A stretch of 64,000 nucleotides of DNA, taken from assembly GCA_963974445.1 (NCBI GenBank), contig CAXBDI010000001.1, positions 3,566 through 67,565 of the forward strand, read 5' to 3'. The DNA is from an uncultured Alphaproteobacteria bacterium (GTDB lineage: Bacteria > Pseudomonadota > Alphaproteobacteria > Bin95). Position numbers and translations under genes: made by a program. Shown piece after piece: positions 9,633-18,190 of this stretch. Numbering within the stretch: position 1 is the first letter of the stretch; every line of letters starts with the position of its first letter. The notes under the pieces are model-generated. The model worked only from the letters and a program-made list of their open reading frames with translations. It was not told where the DNA came from and made no database searches.

Positions 9633-10181
9633 ATGAGCATTTCAGTCTTGGGACTATCCGGCAGCTTGCGCGCTGCCTCGTTCAACACCGCTGCCTTGCG
9701 GGCTGCGCAATCGCTGGCGCCGGAGGGCATGACCATTGAGATCGCCGACATTAGCGGCGTGCCGCTCTACAATGAAGAGGTTTACCAGCAGGGCTTCCCC
9801 GCTGCCGTGGAGGCGCTCCGCGAGAAAATCCGCGCGGCCGACGCTCTGCTGATCGCGACGCCGGAGTACAACTACTCGATCAGCGGCGTGATGAAAAACG
9901 CCATCGACTGGGCATCGCGGCCGCCATCGCAGCCGTTCGACGGCAAGCTCGTCGGCATCATCGGCGCGAGCGCCGGCCGGTTCGGCACCGCACGGGCACA
10001 GTACCACCTGCGGCAGGTGTTTGTGTTCCTGAACGGTCAGGTGTTGAACAGGCCGGAGGTGATGATCAGCAGTGCTGGCAATGCCTTCGACTCTGAAGGC
10101 AAGCTGAAGGACGAGTTCGCCACCAAAGGCATCGAAGACATGCTGGGCGCCATCGCCAAGGCCGTCGAAGCCCGGCGCTAA
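9633..10181 (+). CDS. NAD(P)H-dependent FMN reductase (flavodoxin-like fold)
   Basis: 182 aa; LGLSGSLR…N, …PEYNYSISGVMKNAIDW…; family signature. Confidence 0.8.
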   Translation: MSISVLGLSGSLRAASFNTAALRAAQSLAPEGMTIEIADISGVPLYNEEVYQQGFPAAVEALREKIRAADALLIATPEYNYSISGVMKNAIDWASRPPSQPFDGKLVGIIGASAGRFGTARAQYHLRQVFVFLNGQVLNRPEVMISSAGNAFDSEGKLKDEFATKGIEDMLGAIAKAVEARR

Positions 10182-11026
10182 ATCTGCGCCAACAACAGGC
10201 TGGCGGCGGACACTTGGCCGGTTCCGCCGTTGGCTATGTTGGTCAGCAGCGCCAATGCGCCGCCCGCCGCACCGGCATCGACCGCTGTGCCGCCGCTGCT
10301 TTGAGACAACGCCAGGAAGCGGCGGATCAGTGTTTCAGTGTTGTCAGGGTCCGCGAACGCCGCCGGGGAGCCGGTTCCGCCGAACAGGGTGCGCGTCCGT
10401 TCGCGCAGGATATCGCGCTGCCGGTCGATATCCAACAGCGCGAAGGAATCAGGCAATCCGTAGGCTCCTTCCACCACCCGGCGCAGCGGCAGTTCGCCCA
10501 TCACCTGGAACCAGCCTGCATTCTCGACCGCACCGCCGGAGGCGACCCCGCCGATTCGCCGTTCGAAATTGAGCGCAAGACGTAGCGTGTTGTCGGAGGC
10601 GCCGACGGCTTCCTCCAGCGTTTGTCGCAGGAATGCCGCTTCGATCTCGCTTTTGAACTTGGTAAGAACGATACGGCTGCCGCCGATATTGCCGAAACCC
10701 ACCCCCTTCGCCAGCGCTTGAAACTGCGGATTGCGCAGCCGATTGGCGAACGACGCGGGGTCGTCGGTGCCTTGCTCTATGATGCGCTGTAGCAGGGCGG
10801 TCTTGCCGATCTCGCTTTGCAGGCCATAGGCGGTGAGCACGACCTTGGTCAGGCGATAGTCTTTCAGCAATGCCTCGGGTGAGGTCGCCTTGCTGATGTT
10901 ATCGCGAAAATATTGCAAGTCGCGCATCACTTGCGGCGAGGTGGCAATCAGATTGAGGTTGTCCTCCATACGGCGTTGCAGGAACGAAAAGCCCTGCACG
11001 CCACCGAACGGTACAGAGACTATCAT
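10178..11026 (-). CDS. DUF1217-family flagellar-associated protein
   Basis: ORF 10178..11125; ATG 11026 (MIVSVPFGG…) overlaps flbT stop (ATGA); sequence pattern and position next to flbT/flaF typical of DUF1217 genes in alphaproteobacterial flagellar clusters. Confidence 0.5.
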   Translation of the reverse strand: MIVSVPFGGVQGFSFLQRRMEDNLNLIATSPQVMRDLQYFRDNISKATSPEALLKDYRLTKVVLTAYGLQSEIGKTALLQRIIEQGTDDPASFANRLRNPQFQALAKGVGFGNIGGSRIVLTKFKSEIEAAFLRQTLEEAVGASDNTLRLALNFERRIGGVASGGAVENAGWFQVMGELPLRRVVEGAYGLPDSFALLDIDRQRDILRERTRTLFGGTGSPAAFADPDNTETLIRRFLALSQSSGGTAVDAGAAGGALALLTNIANGGTGQVSAASLLLAQI

Positions 11027-11472
11027 GTCGGCTGCGCCGGTTGGGGTTCGCGCGCGGCAGCCTTCGCGCCGGACGCCGGCTGGCGCAGCAGCAAATCTTC
11101 GTATGGCAAAAGCTTGCGCATGCATTGCAGCGCGCGGTAGAAATTGCCTGCCGTCGCGGCCGATAGCGCCTCCTCCGTCAATTGGCGGCCGTCTCGGTTG
11201 GTGAACACCTGCTGCAAGGCCCGCACCCCTTGGCCGAATTCGCGCAGGGCGTCTTCGTCGGTCACTTCACCGGCGACGGCCAGTTGCGCAATGTAGCAGA
11301 CCTGCTTGGTCGGCGTATTCACCTCCTGCGGATGGATCGCATCGCGCAGGCGCAGGATTTTGGTGTTGGGGGTTTTGATCCGCAGCTCGATCTTGCTCTG
11401 CCCGTTCTGAACGACGGCGCCATTGATCAAAACTTGCTCGTTAGGGCCCAATTTCAGTCGCAGACCGGTCAT
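11023..11472 (-). CDS. flbT: Flagellin synthesis regulator FlbT
   Basis: 149 aa; MTGLRLKLGPNEQVLINGAVVQNG…RIKTPNT…ILRLRDAIHP matches FlbT family; paired with flaF. Confidence 0.8.
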   Translation of the reverse strand: MTGLRLKLGPNEQVLINGAVVQNGQSKIELRIKTPNTKILRLRDAIHPQEVNTPTKQVCYIAQLAVAGEVTDEDALREFGQGVRALQQVFTNRDGRQLTEEALSAATAGNFYRALQCMRKLLPYEDLLLRQPASGAKAAAREPQPAQPT

Positions 11473-11876
11473 GGCAGGGTGTTTCCTGGCGGCACCTCGG
11501 TCGGATGCGGCTGGATGCCACGCAAACCGTCCATAACGGCGCGGTTGACATCGACAATCGGCTGAACGCTGGCATGGCCGCGCAGCACTTTGGCGGCGTG
11601 CTGGCGCACGAACGCCGCCAGGGACAGCAGCCCGGCGCGCAATTCGGGCGATAGTGCGTTGTCGTCGTTGACGACGTCGCCGGTGATCGCATCCCAGAGG
11701 CGGCGGTTGTCGTGCAGTGCCTGCACCAGATCGTTGAATCCGGCTTTGCCTTTGCGCTCGGCGGCCGAAAGTGCGGCGGATGTGCGGGCGAAGACCTGGT
11801 ATTCAATCCCTCGCTCGGTCGTCGCGCCTTTTTGCGCTTGACCGTAAGCGGCTATTGCTTGGGCGGAAGCATCCAT
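11469..11876 (-). CDS. flaF: Flagellar biosynthesis regulator FlaF
   Basis: ORF to 11912; start 11876 (MDASAQAIAAYGQ…) or 11912; …DNRRLWDAITGDVVNDDNALSPELRAGLLSLAAFV… is FlaF-like; stop overlaps flbT start. Confidence 0.75.
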   Translation of the reverse strand: MDASAQAIAAYGQAQKGATTERGIEYQVFARTSAALSAAERKGKAGFNDLVQALHDNRRLWDAITGDVVNDDNALSPELRAGLLSLAAFVRQHAAKVLRGHASVQPIVDVNRAVMDGLRGIQPHPTEVPPGNTLP

Positions 11877-11940
11877 CGTTTCGGAGCCCTCAGACATTCG
11901 TGGGGGTGACAAGCGGGCCTACTGGCCCTGGAGGGGCAGA

Positions 11941-11981
11941 AATGGAGTGGCGGGCGGGCGGGCCGAAGCTATGGCCTGCCC
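11941..11981 (-). terminator. Putative hairpin terminator downstream of flagellin gene
   Basis: GGGCGGGC…GCCCGCCC 8-bp GC stem just 3' of the flagellin stop on the minus strand; no clean U-tract, so weak call. Confidence 0.3.
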
Positions 11982-11998
11982 GCCCAACCAACGTTCGC

Positions 11999-13213
11999 CT
12001 AGCGGAACAGCGCCAGGATGTTCTGCGGCGCCTGGTTGGCGATGGAGAACGACTGGATGCCCAACTGCTGCTGCACCTGCAGCGACTGCAGCCGAGCCGA
12101 CGCTTCCTGAAGGTCGGCATCGACCAGCGCGCCGATACCGTTGTTCAGGTTGGCGATCAGCGAGGTGACGAAGTCGTTCTGGATTTCCAGACGGCTCTCG
12201 CCCTGGCCGAACACGGCGGCTGCATCGACGGCGGTGTTGATCAGCCCCTCGATATCGGTTAGCGCCGTATTGGCACCAGCCTCGGTCGAAACGTCGATCG
12301 AACTGAGCCCACCCAGACCGCCGCCGGCCGTGCCGCCGGATGTGCCGGTTTCGGCCAGCAAGGTAACGGCGTTGGTGGCATTGTTGTTGGTGAAGGTAAT
12401 GACGGCCGAATCGGTTGTCACGTCAGCGGCAGGCGCCAGCGTGAACGCGAAATCGGTGATGCCGAGGCCATCGAGTTGCGTCTGCAACTGTGTGGCGACG
12501 GTATTGATCGTGTCGCCATCGCGGGCGACGTAGGCCACGGAATACGCTGTAGCGTTGTAGGTAAAGCCGACCTGGAACCCGTCGCCTTCATCGACCGCGG
12601 AAACGCTGCCGTCGAGGGTGATAGTCTGCGTGCCGCCAGCCGCCGCGACGCCTGTGCCGCCGACAGCGGTGATGGCGGGATCGGCGCCGGTGCCCAGCGC
12701 CTGAACCGATGTCTGCAGGTCCTGTTTGGCGACTGAAATTTTGTTGGCGGTGACCGAACCATCCGCGGCGCGGTCGAGTGACGCCAGGACATCGACCTCG
12801 CCGCCGCCCTTGATCAGGTTCAGACCGTTGAACTGGGCTGCGTTGACGATGGAGACGATTTGGTTGCGGAGTTGCGCGATGTCGTCCTGAATGACAGAAC
12901 GATCGACGTTGTCTTCCTGTGACTTGACGATCCGGCCTTTGATGTCGACCAGCAGATCGGATATGGCCTCGGTCGCGCTGCGGGCCACGGCGACCGTGGA
13001 GGAGCCGAGCGCCAGGGTCTCGCTGATGGCGCGGAAGCCCGAAACGTCGGACTTCATGATCGTGGTGATGGAGAACACCGCGGCGTCGTCCTTGGCCGTC
13101 GCGACTTTCTTACCGGTGGAGATCTGATCCTGGACCTGGCCCAGGTTTTTGTTGATGCTGCGCAACGTCTGCAGGGCAGTCGTTGCAGCAGTGTTAGTCA
13201 ATACGCTAGCCAT
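11999..13213 (-). CDS. Flagellin
   Basis: 404 aa; conserved N-terminal (MASVLTNTAATTALQTLRSINKNLGQVQDQISTGKKV) and C-terminal (…LQSLQVQQQLGIQSFSIANQAPQNILALFR) flagellin domains with variable central region. Confidence 0.9.
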   Translation of the reverse strand: MASVLTNTAATTALQTLRSINKNLGQVQDQISTGKKVATAKDDAAVFSITTIMKSDVSGFRAISETLALGSSTVAVARSATEAISDLLVDIKGRIVKSQEDNVDRSVIQDDIAQLRNQIVSIVNAAQFNGLNLIKGGGEVDVLASLDRAADGSVTANKISVAKQDLQTSVQALGTGADPAITAVGGTGVAAAGGTQTITLDGSVSAVDEGDGFQVGFTYNATAYSVAYVARDGDTINTVATQLQTQLDGLGITDFAFTLAPAADVTTDSAVITFTNNNATNAVTLLAETGTSGGTAGGGLGGLSSIDVSTEAGANTALTDIEGLINTAVDAAAVFGQGESRLEIQNDFVTSLIANLNNGIGALVDADLQEASARLQSLQVQQQLGIQSFSIANQAPQNILALFR

Positions 13214-13239
13214 TTTCGTGTTTCCTTTGCGGGTCAGGA

Positions 13240-13318
13240 GCGTTCGCCCCTTCGGAAGGTTGCGAGGGGGCGTTCGCCCCTTCGGAAGGTTGCAAGGGGC
13301 ATTCGCCCCTTCCGGGGA
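13240..13318. repeat. 30-bp tandem repeat (2.6 copies) in flagellin upstream leader region
   Basis: GCGTTCGCCCCTTCGGAAGGTTGCGAGGGG / GCGTTCGCCCCTTCGGAAGGTTGCAAGGGG / CATTCGCCCCTTCCGGGGA; junctions form GGGGCGttCGCCCC palindromes. Confidence 0.8.
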
Positions 13319-13468
13319 TTGCCGACGTTGTTCTTACGTCGGCGGCAAGCAAAGGGTGGGGTGAGGTGTCGCCTCACATCAGGGGCCTTTGCACGTCAGC
13401 AGCAAAGACAAACCCTGCTGCCGCGTGCGCCTTCTGGCGCGGACATCTCAGAGCCGCCAAAGGCCCGG

Positions 13469-13496
13469 CTATCGGGCGGTAAGCGGATCGGATTTG
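13469..13496 (-). promoter_or_regulatory. Candidate sigma-28-like promoter for flagellin (CAAA-N15-GCCCGATAG on minus strand)
   Basis: Reverse complement reads CAAA tccgatccgcttacc GCCCGATAG, close to TAAA-N15-GCCGATAA; implies a ~245-nt leader containing the tandem repeats. Confidence 0.3.
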
Positions 13497-13571
13497 CAGG
13501 ACAGTACAGGTGGCGGCCTAATAACAGATGAAAACGGCTATCGGGAATTGCAGATGTTTTCTGCAAGATAT

Positions 13572-13973
13572 TCAGGCAAGCCGGTTGTAGTGACCTTCGC
13601 CGGCATCGATTGCCTTCGGCTTGCCGGTATCGCCGGATTGCTGGGCCCCCGGATAGGTTTCCGAGACCTCACGAATGGCGCTGGAGATCAGGCGGGCGCC
13701 GCGTAGCGCACCACGCAACACCATCTCGTTCCGCGCGGCGGCGTCAAGCATGCGCTCGAAGCCATCGCGCAGTTGCTGGCGGTCGTCCGCGCTGGCCGCG
13801 TGGGCCAGGTGACCGGCGGCCGGCGTGGCGGCCAACAGGCGATCGATCACGGCGGATTTGCGGTCGGGATCGACAGTGCCATCGGCCTCGCCGGCGAGGA
13901 TCGCTTCCGTCTCGCGCGTCAGCCGCGATTCCGTTTCGGCCAGCAGGCGCAGCAGGTCGTTCAGGCTAGCCAT
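13572..13973 (-). CDS. Hypothetical protein in flagellar cluster (133 aa)
   Basis: In-frame ATG 13973 inside ORF 13572..14210 (MASLNDLLRLLAETESRL…); ATG overlaps stop of FlgJ-like gene (ATGGCTAG); upstream 79 codons of the track ORF are Arg-rich and implausible. Confidence 0.45.
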   Translation of the reverse strand: MASLNDLLRLLAETESRLTRETEAILAGEADGTVDPDRKSAVIDRLLAATPAAGHLAHAASADDRQQLRDGFERMLDAAARNEMVLRGALRGARLISSAIREVSETYPGAQQSGDTGKPKAIDAGEGHYNRLA

Positions 13974-14286
13974 GCGGGTTCTCCCCGGCGGCGGCGCGTA
14001 CGATTGCTTCGGCGAGGCCGAGGCTGCCGGTTTCGGCGATTTTTTCGGCATAGGCGCGCGACAGGAACGAGGAGAACGCCGATTCCCCTTCGCCGCCGCC
14101 AAACCCGTCCGGCACTTTCCCAAGCCCCGCCTGCTGCAGCATCTCCGCGACGAACATCGCCTCGAACGCCTGTGCCGCCCGGCGGATGCCGGCGCGGTCA
14201 TCGGCGCCAACCGCGCTCCCAGTCTTCGCCGCGGCGCCTGAGGTGGGAAGCGGGTGCGGTTGATGCGGACTCAGTCCAATCGCCAT
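13966..14286 (-). CDS. Rod-binding protein (FlgJ N-terminal domain-like)
   Basis: 106 aa; …AAQAFEAMFVAEMLQQAG… matches the FlgJ N-terminal rod-binding domain. Confidence 0.65.
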   Translation of the reverse strand: MAIGLSPHQPHPLPTSGAAAKTGSAVGADDRAGIRRAAQAFEAMFVAEMLQQAGLGKVPDGFGGGEGESAFSSFLSRAYAEKIAETGSLGLAEAIVRAAAGENPHG

Positions 14287-14462
14287 TGCGCAAGCCTTTT
14301 GTGTCAGAGGCGGTATAGATTCCGATCCTAACCATGACTTTCTTTAGGATGGAGTTAACGTTTCCTAGAGGCGCCCCGGTTGAGACTTCTGTATCGGCAA
14401 TGGGCGCTCATGATTTATTCAATAATTGCCGTCTAAGATGGGCAGTCGCGTAACCTGTACGT

Positions 14463-16238
14463 TTGCTATGCCGTATAGCAGGAAGACTTTTCCTCTTGGC
14501 CACAGAAATACCATCGATTGCGCCTGCCAAATCCGCTGTCCCCGCCGGCGCGCCCGCGCCGGCGAAGGGCGTCAGCGCCAATCCGGCCTCGAGGTTCGGT
14601 CAATTGCTGGCCGATGGCGAGGCGGAGGATGGCCGCCGGCCCGTGCCGCCTTCGGCTAAACCCGATGCGCCCCTTACCGATACCCTGAAGAACGAGCCGC
14701 CGGGCACCGCACCGGTGCAGCCGCCAGCCAATGACATCGCCGTCGAGAACCCGGACCTTGAAGACTCCGACAGTGAGGTCGGCTTGCCAGCGGTTGGTGG
14801 CGACAGCCGCACGCCGCCAAATGTGCAGGTGCCGCTGGCCGGGGCCGATGTTCCTGTCCTCGGGGTTCCTGTCCTCGGGGCGGGCTCTGCGCAGGGTGCT
14901 GAGCCTGTAGGGCGGCGGGTTGAGGCGCCAGCCGCCCCACCACTGCCCGATCAGCCACCGCAACCGGAGCCTCTGGCACGCCAGAACGGGCAACCGGAAA
15001 CAATGCCCATCGACCCGGCGCTCGCCAGCGATGGCACTGAGCCTTCAAATTCCATATCTCCAGTATCTGACCACTCTGAGCGGGCCAGCTCCGTATCGGC
15101 GCAAAACGCTGCCGCCGTCAACGCAAGCACGCCTCCTGCGTCCGCAGATACCGCGACCGAGCCGCCTCGCCAACCACAAACATCCGAGCCTTCGGTCGGG
15201 CTGAGGACGGTGTCGCCTTTGCCCGGCAATGCTGAAGTCGTCCAGGAGACTGCCGCGAAGCCGCTGGGCGTACCGGTGCGAACTGAGCCGCCGCCACGTC
15301 AGCCTGGTCAAGGTAATGGGCAATCGATCAATGCGGCATTGCCGCCGCTGGCCCTACCGCTTGAGCCGGACGCCGCCCGGCCCGTGTCGGCGTCGGTCCG
15401 CCCAGATCCGGCCTCGGCGACCCTTGCGCCGCAAGCGCCTGCGCCCATCTTTACGCGCCCGGTCGAGCGGTCGCATGTGGGCCAGGCGGTTCTCGCCGGC
15501 CTTGCCGTCAACGTCGTTGAGCCAAACCGCACGGCAAAGCCGGACCGGACCGCCGGCAGGCTACCGGAGCTCAACTCAATCCGATTTGAAGTGCCGACAC
15601 CCACGCCGCAATCGACGCCATCGCCGGCCGTGCAGGCCCCAGTATCGGCCTTCACGGGCGATCCGTCAGTGTTGACCTTAACGCCAGGTCCGGTTCCGCG
15701 CGTCACCGATGGTGGTCTGCCCGCCGACGTCCTGGAAGGCGGGCGGCCTCTTCCCGAGGCTAGAGACAGCAGCCGCTCTGCGACGGTGGCCGGTCCGCAA
15801 AGCGTTCGCGATGTCCCGCTGTCGATTGCCAGGGCCGCTCTCGATGGCGCTACTGACCTGACGCTCAGGCTAAGGCCGCCGGAACTGGGATATCTGACGA
15901 TCCGCATTCACTTCGCCAATGGGCAGATCCAAGTGGATGTCAACGCCGATCGCCCAGAAACTCTGTATTTGCTGCAACGGGAGGCCGATGGCTTTGAGCG
16001 GGCATTGCGTCATGCCGGCCTCGACCTGCGCGATGGCGGCCTGCAATTCGGCTCGAATGGTGACACTGCCCGGCATCGTACCGGTGCGTCGGGCGCCTGG
16101 ACCGGCACAGCCCGCGATGGCGGCGGCGAGGCGGCGGAAGGCGACAAATACACGCCGGGCGATGCCAAAACGGCGGTGGCGCAACCGCAGTATCGGCCGG
16201 GCGGCGGGCCGCTCGGTGCGCTCGATATCCGGCTATAA
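14463..16238 (+). CDS. fliK: Flagellar hook-length control protein FliK (Pro/Ala-rich)
   Basis: 591-aa Pro/Ala-rich ORF; C-terminal Flg_hook-like segment …LRLRPPELGYLTIRIHFANGQIQVDVNADRPETLYLLQREADGFERALRHAGLDL…; first codon TTG, true start uncertain (no in-frame ATG for >100 codons). Confidence 0.65.
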   Translation: MLCRIAGRLFLLATEIPSIAPAKSAVPAGAPAPAKGVSANPASRFGQLLADGEAEDGRRPVPPSAKPDAPLTDTLKNEPPGTAPVQPPANDIAVENPDLEDSDSEVGLPAVGGDSRTPPNVQVPLAGADVPVLGVPVLGAGSAQGAEPVGRRVEAPAAPPLPDQPPQPEPLARQNGQPETMPIDPALASDGTEPSNSISPVSDHSERASSVSAQNAAAVNASTPPASADTATEPPRQPQTSEPSVGLRTVSPLPGNAEVVQETAAKPLGVPVRTEPPPRQPGQGNGQSINAALPPLALPLEPDAARPVSASVRPDPASATLAPQAPAPIFTRPVERSHVGQAVLAGLAVNVVEPNRTAKPDRTAGRLPELNSIRFEVPTPTPQSTPSPAVQAPVSAFTGDPSVLTLTPGPVPRVTDGGLPADVLEGGRPLPEARDSSRSATVAGPQSVRDVPLSIARAALDGATDLTLRLRPPELGYLTIRIHFANGQIQVDVNADRPETLYLLQREADGFERALRHAGLDLRDGGLQFGSNGDTARHRTGASGAWTGTARDGGGEAAEGDKYTPGDAKTAVAQPQYRPGGGPLGALDIRL

Positions 16239-16265
16239 CCTTCGATCCAGACGGAGCACTACCTC

Positions 16266-16946
16266 ATGGAAACCACAGCCGCATCCTCGGCCAACGCTAC
16301 ACTTCGCACCCAGGCCGACACCCTGGTCAAACAGAACGCCGGCGAGGATTTCGACAAATTCCTGCGGCTGATGACCGAGCAATTGCGGAATCAAGACCCT
16401 CTCAATCCCGCCGATCCGACGGAATTCGTCGCCCAGTTGGCGACTTTCTCGTCGGTGGAGCAGTCAATCAAGTCGAACGAGAAACTCGATCAGTTGATCG
16501 CCGCCACCGTCGGCCTCGCCAACTACAGCGCCACGAACCTGATCGGCAAGGCAGTGGAATCGCAAACCGGCCAGGTGCGCGCGACCGGGCAACCGCTGGA
16601 GTTCGCCTATGAGCCGGTCGCGGACGCAACTCGGGCCGTCGCGCAGGTCCGCGACGCGAATGGCGGTTTGATCAGGGATATCCCGTTGACCCTGGGCAGC
16701 GAGCGCCAAACTGCAATCTGGGACGGGAAATCAAAGGACGGCTCGGCGGTTACCTCCGGCGTCCACGCGATCGAAATCCTTCACTACAAGGATGAAGACC
16801 TGATTGCCCAGGCGCCGGCGACCACACAGAGCACCGTCACTGAAATTGTGCTCGACCCGGCTGGCGCGTTGCTGACGCTCGCCAACGGCAGTGTCGTCCG
16901 CGCCGATGAGGTTCGGGCTGTCAGGGCCGGTGAGGCCGGTGGATGA
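16266..16946 (+). CDS. flgD: Flagellar hook assembly/capping protein FlgD
   Basis: …DFDKFLRLMTEQLRNQDPLNPADPTEFVAQLATFSSVEQ… is the FlgD signature. Confidence 0.85.
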   Translation: METTAASSANATLRTQADTLVKQNAGEDFDKFLRLMTEQLRNQDPLNPADPTEFVAQLATFSSVEQSIKSNEKLDQLIAATVGLANYSATNLIGKAVESQTGQVRATGQPLEFAYEPVADATRAVAQVRDANGGLIRDIPLTLGSERQTAIWDGKSKDGSAVTSGVHAIEILHYKDEDLIAQAPATTQSTVTEIVLDPAGALLTLANGSVVRADEVRAVRAGEAGG

Positions 16947-16963
16947 TGGCCGCCACCTGAGGC

Positions 16964-17443
16964 TTAGCGGTCCTGCTTTAGGAAATCGCTGATCAGCACG
17001 GCGTTGACCGAATCGCCGATGATCTCCCTGGCGGCGTTAAGCAGGCGTCCGCGCAATTCCGTTTGCGTATCCGGCGCGAATATGTCCTGCGAAAACGCCC
17101 CTTCGGCAGCCATATTGAACAGGATTTTCAGGAAGGCGTCGCGGACGCGAGGCTCGCGCCTGAACGCCTGTTCGGTCGTTCCGTCGGCAAGCTCCAACTG
17201 CAAATTGGCAACGATCAGGCCGCTAACTTGTCCATTCGACTGCACCGGAATGACGAATTGCGAATTGAATTTGAAGTATTCGAACGTCGTCGGCGTCGAT
17301 GGGCGCGCGGATTTCATCAGGGCATCGGCCTCGCCCTGATGGTCGCCGCCCTTGCCTAGCAGGACGCCCGCGACGGCGCCGCCACCAAGTGCCAGAATTC
17401 CGGCAATCGCGATCACTAAGGGTTTCATAGGCATGCCTTCCAA
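16964..17443 (-). CDS. fliL: Flagellar basal body-associated protein FliL
   Basis: 159 aa; N-terminal TM (LVIAIAGILALGGGAVAGVLL) then FliL-like periplasmic domain (…FEYFKFNSQFVIPV…); alternative starts at 17434/17428. Confidence 0.75.
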   Translation of the reverse strand: MEGMPMKPLVIAIAGILALGGGAVAGVLLGKGGDHQGEADALMKSARPSTPTTFEYFKFNSQFVIPVQSNGQVSGLIVANLQLELADGTTEQAFRREPRVRDAFLKILFNMAAEGAFSQDIFAPDTQTELRGRLLNAAREIIGDSVNAVLISDFLKQDR

Positions 17444-17452
17444 CTCATCTGC

Positions 17453-18190
17453 CTAAAACGGCAATACGCGGTCCAGCACTTGCTGGCCGTAGCGCGGCTG
17501 TTGCAGGTCGGTGATCTGGCCACGGCCGCCATAGACCACCCGCGCCTCCGCAATTTTCTCATAGCTGATCGTGTTTTGCCGCGAGATATCCTCCGGGCGG
17601 ACGACGCCGGATACCTGCAGGTCGCGCAGTTCGAAGTTCACCCGCACCTCCTGGCTGGCATAGATCACCAGATTGCCGTTCGGCAGCACGTCGGTCACCG
17701 TGGCGGCGACCTTTAATTCGATGGTCTCCTCGCGGCTCACCGAGCCGGTACCGCCGCTTGCGGAGTTGCTGTTGGCCGCGACCAGGGTCGAGACGTCGGC
17801 GGCGTTCGGCAAAATGCGCTGAATTTGCTGCTCGAACCCAAGTAGATTTGGCACGCCCAGGCTTTCGTTAGCAGTGCGGCTGCGGTTGGTGCTATTGTCG
17901 ATTTGCGCCTTGTCATTGATTTCGACCGTCACCGTGAGGATATCGCCGACGGTCCGGGCGCGGCGGTCGCCGAACAGCGAGCGCGGCCCCGATTGCCAGA
18001 GCGACGCCGTGGTCGCCGGCCGGTCGATAGGCTTTGGCGGGACGTTCATTGCCGCCGCCGCCGGCGCAGCGATGCGCGTGCGCGACTCGCCGGCAGGCGA
18101 CATCGTCGGCTCTTTACCCAGATGGTCCAGGTTGCTGCAGGCGCCCAGGCCGAGCGCAACCAAGACGGAGAGCGCGTTACGAACCGACAT
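17453..18190 (-). CDS. flgH: Flagellar L-ring lipoprotein FlgH
   Basis: ORF to 18220; start 18190 gives lipoprotein signal MSVRNALSVLVALGLGAC; FlgH core (…DILTVTVEINDKAQ…, …NGNLVIYASQEVRVN…). Confidence 0.85.
   Translation of the reverse strand: MSVRNALSVLVALGLGACSNLDHLGKEPTMSPAGESRTRIAAPAAAAMNVPPKPIDRPATTASLWQSGPRSLFGDRRARTVGDILTVTVEINDKAQIDNSTNRSRTANESLGVPNLLGFEQQIQRILPNAADVSTLVAANSNSASGGTGSVSREETIELKVAATVTDVLPNGNLVIYASQEVRVNFELRDLQVSGVVRPEDISRQNTISYEKIAEARVVYGGRGQITDLQQPRYGQQVLDRVLPF

Noticed and set aside
13240-13318. Tandem repeat as a possible CRISPR array
   Set aside because: Only 2.6 contiguous copies with no spacers and no cas genes; it is a tandem direct repeat in a leader region.
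13214-13570. Sigma-54 (GG-N10-GC) promoter upstream of flagellin
   Set aside because: Scanned both orientations; no spacing-correct TGGCAC-N5-TTGC-like match found.
13572-14210. Full 212-aa track ORF as a single gene
   Set aside because: N-terminal 79 codons are Arg/Ser/Cys-rich and overlap the FlgJ-like gene out of frame; only the C-terminal 133 codons from ATG 13973 look protein-like.
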